57,926 nucleotides of DNA from a virus. Taxonomy: Duplodnaviria; Caudoviricetes. Shown one piece after another: positions 56,843 through 57,926 of this stretch (position 1 is its first letter; every line of letters starts with the position of its first letter). Position numbers and translations under genes: made by a program. The notes under the pieces are model-generated. The model searched no databases and was not told the origin of the DNA. It was given only the letters and a program-made list of their open reading frames with translations. The DNA lies in the IMG/VR virus record IMGVR_UViG_3300028586_000735, positions 1 through 57,926 of that record; one strand, 5' to 3'.

Positions 56843-56858
56843 CTGTATGTGCATACAG
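56843..56858. promoter_or_regulatory. LexA (SOS) box
   Basis: CTGTATGTGCATACAG matches CTGT-N8-ACAG, 20 nt upstream of the 56823 start. Confidence 0.85.
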
Positions 56859-56929
56859 TAGTCGAGCGTTCGGGATTTGGGGAGTGGTGTTCGTCGGCAG
56901 GACGCCTGGGGGGGGGGAGAAAAAGGTGG

Positions 56930-57004
56930 ATTGCGGAGCGCTAAATAAAATTGCGGAGCAAAAACAAAAAAGGGTCAGGCAGAAAACTGCCTAACCCTTT
57001 GATT
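56930..57004. other. att arm: ATTGCGGAGC direct repeats and IHF site
   Basis: ATTGCGGAGC at 56930 and 56950; TAACCCTTTGATT (56992-57004) fits YAA-N4-TTGATW. Confidence 0.65.
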
Positions 57005-57009
57005 TTAAA

Positions 57010-57095
57010 TGGTGCCCCGAGCCGGGGTCGAACCGGCACGTTCAAAGAACGAGGGATTTTAAGTCCCTTGCGTCTACCAATTTCGCCATCGGGGC
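57010..57095 (-). tRNA. tRNA-Leu (TAA), prophage attachment site
   Basis: GCCCCGA/TCGGGGC acceptor stem, CCA end, anticodon loop CTTAAAA, long variable arm, GGTTCGA T-loop. Confidence 0.95.
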
Positions 57096-57530
57096 GGTAG
57101 CGCCAAGAGCGGGGAATATATACATCTCGCCATCCCTAAGCAAGCTCGCACACGCTTCTACGCGTACAAGATGTGACACAGGCGTCGAAAAAATCCTTCG
57201 AGAAATCATGGGGCTACGACGTCCTTTCTGCGTGGCGGGCGGCTGAGTGGCGAGGGCAGCCGCCGTCCAGGCACTACCGGACGTCAATTGATCGGTCCGA
57301 ACTGACACATCTCTCGACACTTTTGCCTGTTCGCCAGGGTCGATCCGATAAGCGCCAGTTGAAATCCTCCAGGCGTTATAGGAGAAAAGTCTGTGCGTGA
57401 TGAGAAGTGAGGCGGGCGCTTGAAGGCCCTGACGAGCGGTGGTGAGTGAGTCCGCTCGGGCAGGCTCGGGCGATCCATGGACGATTCGATTTGAGAATTG
57501 ATTTTCACAGTGGGGATGGACGGCAGGGAC

Positions 57531-57926
57531 ATGAGCGATATAGGCACAAGATTGAAGCAGGAGCGCAAGCGTCTGGGGCTTTCACAGCGTGAACTGGGAC
57601 ACTTCGGAGGCGTCGCTGCGAATGCACAGGGAAGGTATGAAAGTGGCGAGCGAGTTCCAAAGGCCGATTATCTGGCAGCGGTTGCCAATGTAGGCGTGGA
57701 TGTTCTGTATGTGCTGACCGGCAGGCGCATGGGCGGTGCCGAACTGGAGAGCATTGTTCAGCGGATCACCTGCGCAGGCGTCGCGTCGGATGACATCTTT
57801 GTGGAGGTTCAGCATGCGGTGCGTCACCTTGTGACGACCATCGAAGAGCTCTCTCACGTTTACGACACAGTGGACAGGCAGCCCCAGAGCGAGCCTTTGG
57901 GGCTGCCGGTTGCAGCGGAGCAGTGA
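57531..57926 (+). CDS. XRE-family HTH transcriptional regulator (host side)
   Basis: IGTRLKQERKRLGLSQ.E......V....Q.RYESGER.P. Confidence 0.85.
   Translation: MSDIGTRLKQERKRLGLSQRELGHFGGVAANAQGRYESGERVPKADYLAAVANVGVDVLYVLTGRRMGGAELESIVQRITCAGVASDDIFVEVQHAVRHLVTTIEELSHVYDTVDRQPQSEPLGLPVAAEQ

Larger units (their letters stand above)
1..57010. mobile_element. Lambdoid (siphovirus-like) prophage integrated at tRNA-Leu; the left att site lies just outside the window
   Basis: Complete lambdoid module order from integrase to lysis, ending at the 3' end of a tRNA gene with an IHF site and short direct repeats. Confidence 0.95.

Noticed and set aside
1-57926. CRISPR array, DGR/retron, IS element or tail-fibre invertase system
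   Set aside because: No regularly spaced repeats, reverse transcriptase, transposase or invertase found; only one fibre gene.

Overview
Nearly the whole window (about 1-57010) is an apparently complete lambdoid (siphovirus-type) prophage, most likely of Pseudomonas. It is integrated at the 3' end of a tRNA-Leu(TAA) gene (57010-57095, minus strand). Gene order: integrase/excisionase, early-left operon (frameshifted DNA methyltransferase, Gp157, Sak/Rad52-like), a long structured PL leader, immunity region (cI/cro with five readable operators), replication (initiator, P), nin region, Q-like antiterminator, holin-like genes, terminase/head/tail (lambda-type G/GT, H, M, L, K, I, J), tail fibre, GH19 endolysin, Rz/Rz1, an SOS-boxed SRAP cassette, then att/tRNA and a host XRE regulator. 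The most interesting items are: (i) a HipA-like kinase plus DUF3037-like pair in the rexAB position behind cI; (ii) a 236-nt tRNA-shaped RNA element in the PL leader, among other long hairpins; (iii) an AT-rich HEPN-like gene lying inside a partly duplicated, decayed lysis cassette; (iv) an HNH homing endonuclease that replaced the 3' end of its target gene, with the old end still present; (v) several counter-oriented orphan morons. All family assignments come from motif recognition and synteny, not database searches.
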